Below, piece after piece: positions 26,203-40,500 of a stretch of DNA of 64,000 bases. The notes beneath the pieces were generated by a model that was not told the DNA's origin, searched no databases, and was given only the letters and a program-made list of their open reading frames with translations. Position 1 is the stretch's first letter. The number at the start of each line of letters is the position of its first letter. This stretch comes from Tubiluchus corallicola (taxonomy: Eukaryota; Animalia; Priapulida), in the NCBI GenBank assembly GCA_030141605.1, contig JAQGDQ010000142.1, forward strand, positions 372,001 through 436,000, written 5' to 3'. The position numbers and the translations under genes were made by a program.

Positions 26203-28493
26203 TCACTCCCATTCCGTGGTCCCCGGGGGTTTGGCCGTGAGGTCGTACATCACTCTGGAGATGTTTGGCACTTGAGAAATTTCTTGTACCATCTCGTTCA
26301 CAACCTGGTCACAGACAATGGAAAATTACTACTACTGTCAAGTTCCACAGAAATCACGTATATTTTAAAGAACATGCTCAGTGTACTTTCCAGTGGCACC
26401 ATCTAATGGCCACTTTGTGAAAGTCCAAATTTTTTTTCTACAGAACACTGAAATGCTGCTACTTTTTAATAATACAGTAATTAGATTACTAATGATTTTA
26501 GTGTGCAGAGTATGTTTTTTGTCATAGTATGCTTTTGTAGGTGCAGTGCCATCTGTTGGTACAAAAATGAAATAATAAAAATTGGTGTTTCATTAACAAA
26601 GCCTTTATCACAACTCGAAATTTGTTCAAAATAATGTTACTGTAAGATGTTTTGTCATTATGTTCTTTTGCGATCACCTGTTCTACAAGGGAATAATCAA
26701 GTGTTTACAGTTACTTACTGACTGAAGTTAGCAATGCTCTGCCTATTGAATGGGTGATCGGTACATTAAATCATTGTTTTGGAGGCCTCGTCTAATGAGC
26801 TCATTTATACAGAGTGCATTTATATCTGCCCAAGGCACCTCGGTTGATTCAGTGCCTCACCTTAAAGGATTATCCTTGTCAACGAGATAGGTTCCATTCC
26901 TGCCACAACCATCTGCATTGCTTGCTAGATTACGGCTTGCCAAATGGTATAAACAACTTACCTTGATCGGCAGGTCCTCTCCCGGAACTGCTGGAACACC
27001 GGTCATAAAATCCGATGTTATGAACGTCCGAATGACAACCGATCGTTGGCAGGACGGGACGTGTTGTTGAGCATCTCGGTCAAAGTGAAGTGGTAGAAGG
27101 ATTATAGGCATCTGGGATATACTAGACATTAGCCCGTGTTGAGACAGCGCCTTCGTTGCAACGTAGTCAGCCTAGACAGAGAAAAAAATTAAAAAGGCAA
27201 ATACTTTACAATCGTAGTACAAGCAACAGCAACATCTACAGTAGGGGCTGCTTAATAGACTCACTTTGGGACCGAAGTGCTTTGACCCAACTAACTGACT
27301 GAACCTATTAACCGATGGGTGTAGTATAGTATGAGTCATCAACTTAGCATGCACTGCAAAAGTTTTTAATGAATTTTAGAAACGAAGTAATGCCTAAATT
27401 CCTTTGTGCAGTTACAAATTTAAAAAAAATATTTTAAAATATTAATTTATATAAGTGAATTAGCAACGAACTTTTCTAAATCACATCAAGACTGTTTATT
27501 TGCAAAAATTACAAAAATTCTTTTGGCTGCTTCATTTCATCGAGAAGAAGTTGGCTCACAAAGTTCTCATAATGATAAAAACGTTGAAAATATGTTTGTA
27601 TGATGCAGAAATTCTCGTAAAACACTTAGTGCTTGACGTGCTTAAACTGTTGGTGGTGCCGGTGTTTCCCTGCAAATAGCTTTGTCTGTAGTTTCGCCCA
27701 AGCTCCCGCTTGATATTAAGTACATACTTACTGTATACTGTACCTGCATAGCTGGCATAACAGCAACACCTAACTGATTACACTTTCTTGCAAAAACAGC
27801 CAGAGCTTCAGAAGCAAGCAAGTGATAAAATTTAACTTCCATAGAATTCTTGGGTAATGAGGTTAATTACAGATGACGGGCGGGTCAGAGGAAGCCATTA
27901 GGCTAGGGTATTAGCATACGATAAATGTTTCTGCTTACAAACAAAACTGTAATTAACATTATTGTTTCGTATATTATAGGACAAAAGCGAACTAAGATGA
28001 TATAAAAGTCATAAAAGCTTATTAGTCGCACGGAAGTGTCTAATTTAAGCACGTGAAGCAAAAATATTGAGTCAAATACCAACAGTTTTTATGTACATTA
28101 GCATAGAAGCGGCCCATACGAGGCGTTTTAGAGTCAATAAAGCGATTGAGTCTATTAACCATGAGTCTATTAAGCGGCGCCTACTGTATATGAGAGACAA
28201 TAAAATTTGACATCCACAAACTGTTATTTTCGTATAGAAGATTAGGGTTTAGGTATTTGATTAATGAATGTTTTTGCTTACAGAGACAATAGTCATAGCT
28301 CAGTGCAAAAACTACATTTCAGTGAGTTACCGTGTCAGTATCTGCGTGTATCACTATTAAGAACTTTTCGTAGAAGCAGTTGTAGCAATAGAGGCAATGA
28401 GAGCATTAGTAGCAGAAAAAGCGAGATAGAGAAGAGAGAGAGAGAGGGAGAGAGACAAAGGCAGAAAGAAAGAAATGAGAGAGAGAAAGAGGG

Positions 28494-28585
<92 letters not shown>

Positions 28586-31500
28586 ACAAGGGTTAAAAGA
28601 GAGAGAAATGTTTAACATACCCGCATTAAGAAATAGTAATTATCAGCATTAACATACCAAGAAACAGGAAGGACAGTGAGCCAACTAAAGTAAAAATGCT
28701 GTAAAAGGCAGAAGCAATTTATGCAGAACTGACCAATTATGGATCCCAGCGAATGTCTTCTTTTTTGCACGCAGCCGCACAACTATGCCAATGTGTTCAC
28801 AGTTGAAAACATATGTGTGCTTGCAAACCAAAATCGTCCATAAGTCGGCATAGCTAAAACTATGTTATGATGCTTCAAAGTAAAATGCACAAAAATTTGG
28901 TCAAATATCAATTTTTTGTTTTTTATAAAATCGAATGCTAAATATATTGGACTTTTATATTCTAGGATCAAATTATTAAGAAAATGTTCAAAAAGTACTA
29001 AACATTTAATTTTACAAACCCCCACCCACTTTTCTGGCTAGAAACTAGTAGTGCAATTGTAAAAAACTGGTATTTTGAAACTTCGATAGTAGCTTGTGGA
29101 AGCAGTCATTTTGCTTCAAATTTTTTTCTGTTGCCAAGCCCAGATCTTCATCAGAAACAGCCATCTACTGGATTTAAACATAACTTCAACGGATTCTTGT
29201 AAAGTTCATAACAACCAACGTTTGTGCGGTTGCTAAGTATTTTGTAGAAACGCAACAAAAACAATGGCTAACTTTAAAAACAATTTTCTCAAGATTAAGT
29301 TTTTCAGTGTGCAGGTTACACTTCAACTTCAATGTGTATTATCTCAGCTTAGAAATAACATAGAGTGATGAGCTTGGTATCAAAATGATCCTCATGAAAT
29401 GGAGATTCCGGATATGTGAATAACTAGAAAAGCTTAATTGCAGACTTATGGACTTTGCTATGCAAGCACACATATTTCAATTTGTCAGTATAGAACAAGT
29501 TGTGGAGTGACATGTACTCTACCTGTCTGATTATGCTGAGAACGCCACTCGTGAGATATGTGCGAGTAATATCTGTCATAGGCTCCTTCACTGCATTGCC
29601 AAATATGTACACTACCCTGGAGAAAAAGATTTTGTGAAATAAGAAGCATATCAACAGAGTTTTTAAGTTTTTACAATGACTATTTTGTTACTGACAGAAC
29701 GTAAAATTGTTTACAAAGAAAAACGACTTACCTATTCACACCGTGGCAAACTTTAGGTATAATTTTTGCTAATTTAATCAAATGAGGCCAGTTTGGACCA
29801 TCATCACTTGAAATTCCTACTACGTAGCTGTATGTTCTACAGTCACCCTATAAAAATACAAATAATTACGAATTAGGAATTTGTTAACCTTCATCTCATT
29901 TCACACAGACCCGACTAATCCGTTTCACACAGACCCCACTAATCCATTTCACACAGACTTGACTAATCCATTTCAGACAGACCCGACTACTTCATTTCAC
30001 ACAGACCCGACTAGTCCATTTTTCACAGTTTATACTGTCCATTGCTAACCTTTTCTACCTTCATGATGAAAACAGCCTTACAGCTTCACCATTAACTGCA
30101 TTGCCAGCCATAAGCAGTGATCCTGACTATGCCGGACTTTGTAATTACTTAAGAGGTGAAATGAACCTGCGATGTTTAAGTTTCGAATCCAACCTTCACC
30201 ATATGATGTGAAAAAGTCAGGATCGAGGTTGGATTCCAAACATGAACCACTGGGCTATATAAGTAGTAAACCACGCAGCACCTTGTGGTCAGAGTAGGTG
30301 TTAATTCAATCCAAATAACTCGCCAACCACTATTTTTTAAATTAATTTCTTTAATTACCTACAGAAATTTTTAGTCTCCAACTCGTATATTTTGCTGCAC
30401 AATAATGCTCAATAATTGGAACTGATCCAAAACAAAGGCAGAGTAGCACTTATTAAAGGAAAATAAGATGATTTTTCATATCATACACCATTTTGAAGTA
30501 CAGTAAAAAGTATACATTTTAACACACGTAATAATGCCATTTCTGATCATTAAAAACTTAAATTAACGTCGAACGAGCCTAATTAGTAATGTCCCTTCAA
30601 TATTTTATAGGGGTGATTGTTTTGAGCTATAGTTTAAAACTGGGGCGATTTTCCTTTAACCACCATAAAACAATAAAGATAATTAATATGTTTTGAAAAC
30701 TAATAATAACTGATTACTGTCAAGTGACAATAGAATTTTTTAGCTTTAAAATAACAAATCGTTGTACAAATCATGGACAGTGCTTGCAAACATAACACAC
30801 AGCATCAAAAATATTAAAATAACAAAAATGCTTGACACATTCTGATTTTCACAAATATATGCATGACTTTTCCCTGCTACTTTTTCAGCTGAGAAGAAAA
30901 TATGCTCAAATGCAACCAAAGCAATTTTTATTCCATCTTGCAGTGAAAAAGCTAAGCTTAAGTGCATCTCCGCACTGCATCGCATTTCAAAATTGGCATA
31001 AAAATCGCGATAAATCGAAGTGTAACACTGGCTGTATAAAAGCATACTGATACATACCTGGACTCCAACAGACTTGACTGGAAGTAAAGTTGCGTACAAG
31101 TAGCTCCCTCGGGTTATCTGTGTCAACAGGTGCTTGTCTTCAACCGTCGTAACTTGGTCCACTTTGCTGAATTGAACACGAGGCTGAAAACAGGGGCAGG
31201 AGCATTTATAAGGGTCATAACGAAAGAATCTGATTTTGATTAGCTCTGAGAAGAGCAACAGAAACCGAGAAACCAGAAAACTAGACAAAATTTCATGGGT
31301 TTAAATTAGACAAATGTGAAATAGTGACTCATGGATTATCATGTTAACTTCTTCAGGACCATAAGCATTTGTTGCATTTTGCATGGGTTCATGAAAAACT
31401 GCTATTACTGCGCAACAATTACATTATATTGATAATTTTTGTAGGTTTCTACTCCTCACATAATGGATTTTCATGTAAAATTATATTTGAAATGCATTTA

Positions 31501-34500
31501 CTTACCTTAGACAAATTAAAAATCGATTTTCGGCAAATAAATTGGAAAAAGCTTTCAGTAACTGCTATGTTTGCACTGTAACAACATTTGTACAGTTTCA
31601 CGTGTGTGAAATCAGCTAATGCAGAAAATTTCAAATATCCAGACACAACACTATGATATACTTTAACCACATATCTACTCTATTTTTAAAGAGAAATTCA
31701 TAATAAAAAATGAAACGACCTTATTTTCTCCTAGGCTGATCGGTTGGCTTTTCCTGGAATAGCAGCCGAACACTGCTTGAACTGTAGCAAGCAGGCGATC
31801 AATAAAACAGTGTGTACGGTCACGCAAGTGCATACAAGACTAAAGCTACTCAATAGGTTAAGTCGGAGTGCCCAAAAAAGGCATGTTTTTCTTAATTTCA
31901 TCCGATTAAATCACTTTTAAATGTTTAAATAAATAGTATGACTGGACAGCCGATGTTCTCTTGAATAGAATAGTACCTAATTTGTTACCATTTAGTTATG
32001 TAGGTAATGAACAATCCACAACATAAAATTTTTAAAGAAAAACAGCACCTATAATACACTGGGACTTAAATATTGGATCTAAATGCTACACAAATGATAA
32101 CAGCTCTGTATAATTATGAATCCCTGATTTCTCTTCCTAATTCATTTTCTTCCTCCTCTACAAGTCACTCCTTCAGAATCTCTCTCTTTTGCATCAATAC
32201 TTCCTAGGCACTCCTTTTTGGATTACTGACTGTACTAAAAAAACTAGGGAGGCCATGCTTGTTAAATGACCTTCACTGCCTACAAGGGATATCAAAAGTC
32301 ACTTTTGAAATAGTTATTGAGTCACTTTTGATATGCTTGAGTTTAGACACACACAGAAAATCATGGATAAGAACCAAAAATCTACAATAAATTCTTGCAT
32401 TTGACACAACAGAAAAGTGTTTATTTTACCACAGAAACTTGGGTTGAGAAATTTAGCAACATTTTAGCAAATCTAGAATAAAAAACAGTCAGTAAATCTG
32501 TTTCACAGCCATAATTCATGTTAACCTAGACCTATCAAGCCTTGCACAGATTTCACAGGAACCATTAATTTAAAATACAGAGAGGACCAGCAGGTATGCA
32601 GTCACTAAACCATACAATTAGATTGCAGGTAAGTCAGCTATTAAAAGCTTAAAGGATTAACACTAGATGGCAGTACGTTGCTACAATGTACGAATACCAA
32701 CATCCACACGGAGCAAACGCTATTACAAACGACTTACAAAAGCATCAACAAAACCATAGGAAAGAAAAATTCTTAATCCTCACATTCAAACTAAAGAAAA
32801 TACTCACTTCTTTCGACGAAGATGCATAATTTACTAGCAGCTTCAGTAATTGCTGAGTTTCATTAAAATCTTTACAGGTGAATGGCTCCTCAGCACACAA
32901 AACACGAATTGCCAATCCCGGACCTAAATAGGAAAAATCCGCCAAGGTTGTACAGAAAAAGTTAAGAAAATCAAATTACAAGCAAAAAATGAACCTTAAA
33001 CTAGTATCCTCAATAATAATTAATGTTACTGTTTGACGTTGTAAATTCTTAAAGGAAAGGCCAAGCCTTCTGGGAAGTAAAGCTCATCTCAATGTTCCCA
33101 AAAATGTTAATAGAATTTAGTAATAAAAGTGTGATAAGCACCTCCTGTAATTAGTAAAATCACTGAAGTTGTGATCAGGTAAGCTGCAGAAGTTTGAATT
33201 GGTCTAAGCAGCACACCCTTACAGAAAGCCACGATGGGCTTACAAAAAGCCAGGAAGTCCACCAGTTATGTCATAATTTCAAATATAGCAGCTAACACAG
33301 CACCTGAAAATTTCCTTACAGCAGTAGTATAAATTAAACTTTATGCTTTGTAGACAGTTTTTCTTGCAAATTTCTTTGTTATATTTTTCCAAGTTCAAGC
33401 GTTAATAGCAATGTAAACCCAACATGCTAAGTGACTTGTCCTCTCTTTTTAAGTAAAAAATATCATAAAACATCAAATTTGACATCTCAAACAGAAAACT
33501 TCAGTCTTGGTTCAATGCTCAGTAAAAAACATTTATTGATCTTGTACAATTTGAAGTTCACAATTTTTTCTAGTGGGGTGGTCAATCCCACACTGATTTG
33601 ATCCCCTAAAGCTGGCCCCAAGAACTCGCCCCTAAAGCTCACCACATGTTTGATGAAAGCAATACTCAGCTACTCCATTTACCTGGGAATGGATGACGCT
33701 GTACAAGTGATTCTGGGAGACCCAATTCTTTGCCTAGCATCCGTACTTCATCCTTGTGGAAATCTTTCAATGGTTCCACTACCCTCCCCTAAAATAGAGC
33801 AGCTCATAGAAACGGAAAAGTTACACCAAAGCAGTTTGCAGACATGTGTATTAAATAAAGTACAGTGTATTAATAATGTTATTGTTTCGTCACAATAGGT
33901 GCAATTCCAGCATAATGTAAGTCACCAATATGCTGGATGTGGACAATTACTATACTACGAAAAGTAAACCTTGTGTAACTGGACGAAAGGTTTACAAACA
34001 AAATAATAGTACCTAAAACTGTTTAAACGTTTATTTGAGCCAACTATTAAGATAACTCAAGAATCTAACATATTCTACTTCTCAAAAGATAAAGGGATGT
34101 AAAACAGTATGTGAATGCATCACTTTTCTTTTTTAAAATGCAAAATCCACTTAGTGAGTAACATTACATGCAAAATAAACAAGTGAAAAATATTAGAGTA
34201 ATTACGCACATTGTGTAAAAACAACACGTTTGTAAACCAGATGCATAAAAGAAGGCAATGCAATTGTTGAAGACAAATGCTGTTTTTTATTTTTTGTTAG
34301 AATTCTCTGATTGTAAAAAGGCAAGAGAGTTAGACTGGTGCTTAAATTCTGCCCCAAATTCAAAAAGCTAATCTTTATTTTCAGACCCAAACAAATGTGA
34401 AGTAATATTGTTTTCTTCTACATAGTTATAATAATTAGCTGAAGAAAAACCAAGAACAGGAGATTAAAATATATGTAAAATTATTACACAGATTTCACAT

Positions 34501-37500
34501 TATGGTGCATATGATGACGATGATTATATGCGAGGTTTAGTAAGTTATAGATAGTGTTGGTCTACTTCCTAATGACATTAAACAGCCTAGCTATGTTTTG
34601 GGAATATAAATTAGTACATAATACAATGATATAGATATACAGGCTAGATTCTACATTATAAATAAATGATATTACTTAATTTGGAAACGACTCATAGCTA
34701 CATACTAGGGCATCAGGATATAAACTCAACAAGGAGTCTCCGGGAGATAACATAACACTGAATAAACGTCTATGTTAACTCAGTTTAATACAGGTTGTAC
34801 AGGACAGTTATAGACTTCAAATGAAGCCTATTAAAGTTGAACAGATAAATAGTTTGCTGAAGGATAATTAGTCAGAATCAAATAATACTACCTGCAGACT
34901 ATTCATACATACAGGGCATTTGTGTGTTCACTTGTTTGCTGGGGTGGATCCAAGCACCCAAGGTGATCATAAGAATAGACACTGTGCCTAGATATGCCAT
35001 ACTGACACATTTGTTGAGAGTAATTATTCCTATTCACAGGAGCTGAAAAATAACTTTAGCAATAATTCATGTACGAATGCATGAACTAGTTGGTAAATGG
35101 TAAAACGGATACCTGTTTTCTCAGTTCTCTGACTAGTTCAGTATCGTTGTGATGAGTCTTTATAGCATCAGCATTTCCACTGGCTAAACTAGAAGCACTC
35201 TCTATTAGATCTGGTCTCAAAGTACCTGTATGTATTCATATAATGAAAAGCAAGTTAGTAAAAAATTAAAGCTGTCCATAATGCATTACGATGCTGACTC
35301 TTTTTCGAAAATTGTTATAGGCAAGATTGCACAAAAACAACACCACTCAACCTTTTTGGAGATTAGTGTTTTCTTTTTTATATCTCAGGTAGTGTTATCC
35401 TTCAAATTCAACATTGAGTTTTTTAGTTCGAATTCGATTCGATCCTAAAATTATAGATTGCAATATTTCAGCACTTCAACTACATAAGTTCTTTATCATT
35501 AAAACGTTTGCAGCATCGTGCAATCAGCACAATTTAACTGTGATATCTGTGCACACTTTTTAGAAGAATTATTAATGTTTTTACTGCAGAACAAAATCAA
35601 GTAATATGAATGATCTTTGCGAGACCGCTGTTTATTAATGATTCGTAAATCTTTAAGACTGAATTCGGATTCATTTCGGGTTCAAAATCTCAAAATTTGG
35701 TTTGATTTGAGTTCAAAAGTCAATTCAATTTGAATTCGATTTCTGGTAGAGAATGCTCACCCCTAATAATGAGTATAAAACCTTATGTGCCTACAGACAT
35801 CTTATTCAAACATTTGCAAAAACAAACATTTAAACAAAAACTATGAAAGCAAATGCGACGTCGATTACCTTGAGCTAAATAGACTTCTTCTGGCTTCAAC
35901 TTGAGATCAGACACGACGTCGTTCGCTACCTTCATGAAAGTGTCACCGATGATCTTTCGCTTGTCTTCGGGATTCGTCGTCATGTTGAGCATCTTGGTGA
36001 CACGTTTTGCAGCGTGTGGGTCATGACGATCAATTGGCACCGCCGTGTTTCCGTTGTAGAATAAATGACAGGCATTCACAACTGAAAAGAAAGAAAAAGT
36101 ATGCAAAAAACACAGAAAAAACAAAAGCTCAAAATACAGTGAACATCAGATATCGCAAAGCTCTGAACAAATTCAGGGACTACTTGGCATTTACGGGACA
36201 AGTTATGGCATATTCTGATACCCAACACTAAGTTGCACTAACAAAACAGAAAATTCAAATTTTCCTAACTGTACAAAGTAAACAACAAACACTAAATACA
36301 AACTTTGAGTGATTAGTATTACTTAGGAATGGGACGAAGCTTCGCTATGCCAAAACTTCAGATTCAGAATCCAAATCAGGGCTTCGGAAACAAAAATGTG
36401 AGCTTCGGATTCGATTCGCTTTTAACAATCTAAGCTTCGTACCACTCCTAACTTTAGTATTATTAGTAATATTTATTCACATTTAAAATTAGTATATACA
36501 ATAGTCAAAAACAACTCACTCAAGTCACAATAAATTCATTCAACGTACTACTGTAGAAAAAGAGGAAAGCTTGACAGGCAGGGGGCGCTTACAGAGGACC
36601 TAAAGGTGAATTAGAGAGCAGCAACGGTTCTGTGTAAGAACAATACATTGATACATCTAACTGAGAAAATTTATGTGTGAATAAAGAGATATTTAAAGAA
36701 TTTACCACATCAGAGCATTCCAAATACAAACAATACGATTAACAGATAAAAATTTATAAACTAAAACAGAATTTAGTAAAAGGAGTTTAAAATTTTGCAT
36801 CTTTAAACCTGGGCCAGGTGCAAGAGTAAAGAAATCATCAAAATTAAAGTCGATAATACGATGACAAATTTTGTAGGTCAGTTTCAAATCAAACCACCAG
36901 AGTGAGTATTGAAGGCGCTTTGCCATCAATTTAATGGCCAGCCTCCACATTACTTAACTTCGGCTGCTATCCACTTGGCTATCCATCCCACCAACCGAAA
37001 AATGAGCACAATTATGTTATAATTCAAACAGATCAAAAATTGCAAGTTTCAAAATCCTAGTGAAGCAGCAACAGAGAGTAAGGGAAGGAAAGAGAAAGAA
37101 GGGGATAGGGAGAGCGACAGTTTCACTACATGCACGCACGTACGGACACAAATTGTTTTGCGAACTGTTTTAAACAGAACCATACTAAACCACTCTAACA
37201 AATCATTATGTTTTGAATAAAGAAAAATTTTACCTAAAGAAACTGTTGTTACCTTTCAAATGCAGGCCGACTTTTCTCAGTGACGACTCGACCTCGATGC
37301 TCTCGTTCTTCCGCATGAAGCCATTGTTGATATGTACAGCAATAACCTGATCTTTATTTAAAGCTTTGCGTAGCAGAGCAGCACATACTGTAGAATCGAC
37401 GCCACCGCTGACCAACATCTGAAATGAATGAAAACAATTCACTCGTGGACAAAGCTGAAAAATATAGATATAAAGCAGAAAATATCTATAGTAGTAATCC

Positions 37501-40500
37501 AAAAGCCAATAAAATCAAAATTATTCACATAATTAAAAATATAGGTGCCTTCACAAGGGCAGGTAAGTATATGAATGCACAAAAAATAATAAAATTCCAG
37601 AGAAATGTGCAATAAGCAAAATAATCCAACGATTTCATGGAAATGAAAGTATTCTTATTGTTGAGCCGAATCTCTAGAATCATGGTACCCTTTTAGCCAT
37701 TGTAGCAAATTATTTGCATTGCTAAAAACTTTCTAATCAAACAACAATTTGTGTTAACAGCTTTGTAGTTTAAATCGTATTTGTCACTTAATTTCAAGTT
37801 CCTTACAGTGAAAAGAAATGTGGACAGACAAATAACATACATACAATCAGATAATGACTAAGTGTTGTTTGTGCTCAATAGCGAAACCACTTCACGAAAA
37901 TTTGAACGAAAAATTTCCAATGTCACCTTCGTAGCAAATGCAAACTTACCAAGACTTTGTGGTCACCAGCGACTTTTTGAATCTCTTCGACACAAGCCTG
38001 CTGTCGACTGAACATGGTGTACATTCCACGGCAGTTGGCTATGCCGTACACGAAATTCCGCAACATTGTAATCCCATTTTTTGTGAGATCCACCTCGGGG
38101 TGAAACTGAACACCGTAGATTTTTTTCTGCTCATTGGCAATTCCTGCAGAACAGCAGATAAAAGTTATTATCTAAGTTGGATAGTAAACTAGTTAACTTA
38201 CAGACAATGCTAACTAATGCATCATTTACATCAATGGAAAATATAAAAAAAAACTGAAAAGTATGTTTTAAAAATAGAAAATCTCAAACAACTTATTTGC
38301 CCATGAAGAGGGTCATCTAAAAAAAATTGAAAATTACAGTTCGCATCGAAAAACCGAATTCTCATCCTTACGGCACACAGTAATTGCCTCAAGTACATCT
38401 AAACAGACGGATGAAATGAATTTGGACGTTTGTACGGTAGCTCATAGATCTCATAATCAATGTTTATGGCCATCATTAAACAAATTTCAAATTTAACCAA
38501 ACTAAACCGTGAAAATGTTGTTAAGAAATTTAGGTTGCTACATTGAACAAACACATAAAATGAAGTCGGGACAGAAGCCAAATGACATTATTAACCACTA
38601 TAACATTGACAGTGTATTACAAACCTTGGCTAGACACAAGAAAAAATGATGGAGCATACTAACCAGCAATGATATTATCGGCTTGATTAGACACAAGAAA
38701 AGAATGATGGAGCATACTAACCAGCAATGATATTACCGGCTTGGCTAGACACAAGAAAAGAATGATGGAGCATACTAACCAGCAATGATATTACCGGCTT
38801 GGCTAGACACAAGAAAAGAATGATGGAGCATACTAACCAGCAATGATATTACCGGCTTGATTAGACACAAGAAAAGAATGATGGAGCATACTAACCAGCA
38901 ATGATGTTACCGGATGTGGCAACAACCTTGAATTGACCAGAAACCTTATCAATGCTGTCCCCATGTGTGAGAAGCACAGTTTGTTCATCCTGCAAACCCC
39001 TAAACAAAAAAAATACTTCACATAGAAACTAGACATATGATGTGAATGCATTGAAGAATTTTCACACATTTCTATTACACAGTATAAGGACAAAAATTAT
39101 GCAATGAAATGACAGATTGCATTTGTATGCTTCTCAAAACATAACAAAACATAACATAAACATAACAGACATAACAAAAATCGTCCACAACTTGGCAATT
39201 AAGCTTTTCTAGTTATTCACATATCCTAAATCTCCATTTCATGAGGATCGTTTTGATACCAAGTTCATTGCTCAGTGTTATTTCTAAGACAAGATAATAC
39301 ACGTTGAAGTTGAGGTGCAGGTTATGCACTGAAAAACATAATCTTGAGAAAATCACTGTTAAAGATAGCCCTTGTTTTTTGTTGCGTTTCTGCAAAACAC
39401 TTAGCAACCATACAAATGTTGATTGTTACAGACTTTGCAAGAGCAGATTGAAGGTATGCTTAAATCGAGTAGACGGCTCTTCCTGACAAAAATCTGGGCT
39501 TGGCAACAGAAAAAACCCAAAACAAAATGAATGCTATAACGAGGTACTATCGTAGTTTTAATTTACAAGTTTTTTACGATTGCAGTACTAGATTCTAGCA
39601 AGAAAAATGGGTACAGGGTTGCAATTGAAAAATACACTCCAAACGAAATTAGTTTCTTTCATTTGCCTACTGTCCAACTTACATATTCCTTAAAGCTCAT
39701 GAAAGCCCTTTATTTACATACAAAGCTAAAAAAATTTGTCTTGAAATTTTGTACCACTTACATGCTGCCTATTGCATACAGAGCTTGAGTTAGCAGTAAC
39801 TTTGTATAAAAATTGCAAACTTAAGCTCCCACTGACCGTTAGGCACAGCGCTCTTAACGATAAGTCATTTGAAACAAGTTTAAATAACATAGATTAAAGT
39901 TTGAAAAAAATAATCACAGAATTCGCAGTACACTCTTTGCTAGCTATATGAAATACTTTATATTGTCAATAAGATTAAAAATACATTTTTAGTGAAGTAG
40001 TGGTGCACACTGGGAAGGTGAGTCAGTGACACTTTAGACAGATTTTACTAGTTGGTGCAAACATTTTAAATTATTACTTGTTTTCTTTCCCAATTACATA
40101 AGACTTTCCATCAGGTAATATAACTCTGTGTGGAAAGTTTTTTTAGGGCATAATTTAAAATTGTGTTTTCTTCCTTTTAAATATATGTAAAATAGCTAAA
40201 TGTCATACATTAAAACATGTATAAGATAAGAACCATGTTGTTGCATCTTTAATGAAATAAATATATGTTTCGCATTTTTTACATACTTGAACAAAATGCA
40301 AGCTGTATCTACGGTGATATTAAACTGCCCATCTTCTCTGTTCGTCTTTTTGTGCACGGAGCCTCCAAACTCTTTGTTTATCAGCTAAAGAAAAATGGTA
40401 ACACTGCTATAGCATTGTTAACACTAGGAATGTGCCGATATGCAAAGCTGTGTCCCGATCTGATATTGATTATTTTTACCTATTGACGTTGACCAAACCG

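Noticed and set aside
28264-28618. ER-repeat and SL-repeat ORFs
   Set aside because: Translations of the (GA)n microsatellite within a GMPS intron.
35102-35112. GMPS intron 9 donor GTATCCGTTTT resembling a U12 donor (GTATCCTT)
   Set aside because: Mismatch at +7 and no TCCTTAAC-type branch site before the acceptor at 33789-33790; treated as a U2 intron.
38626-38913. Regularly spaced direct repeats as a possible CRISPR array (also 52087-52342 and 20367-21010)
   Set aside because: Units are contiguous with no unique spacers, there are no cas genes, and the context is a spliceosomal-intron eukaryotic gene.
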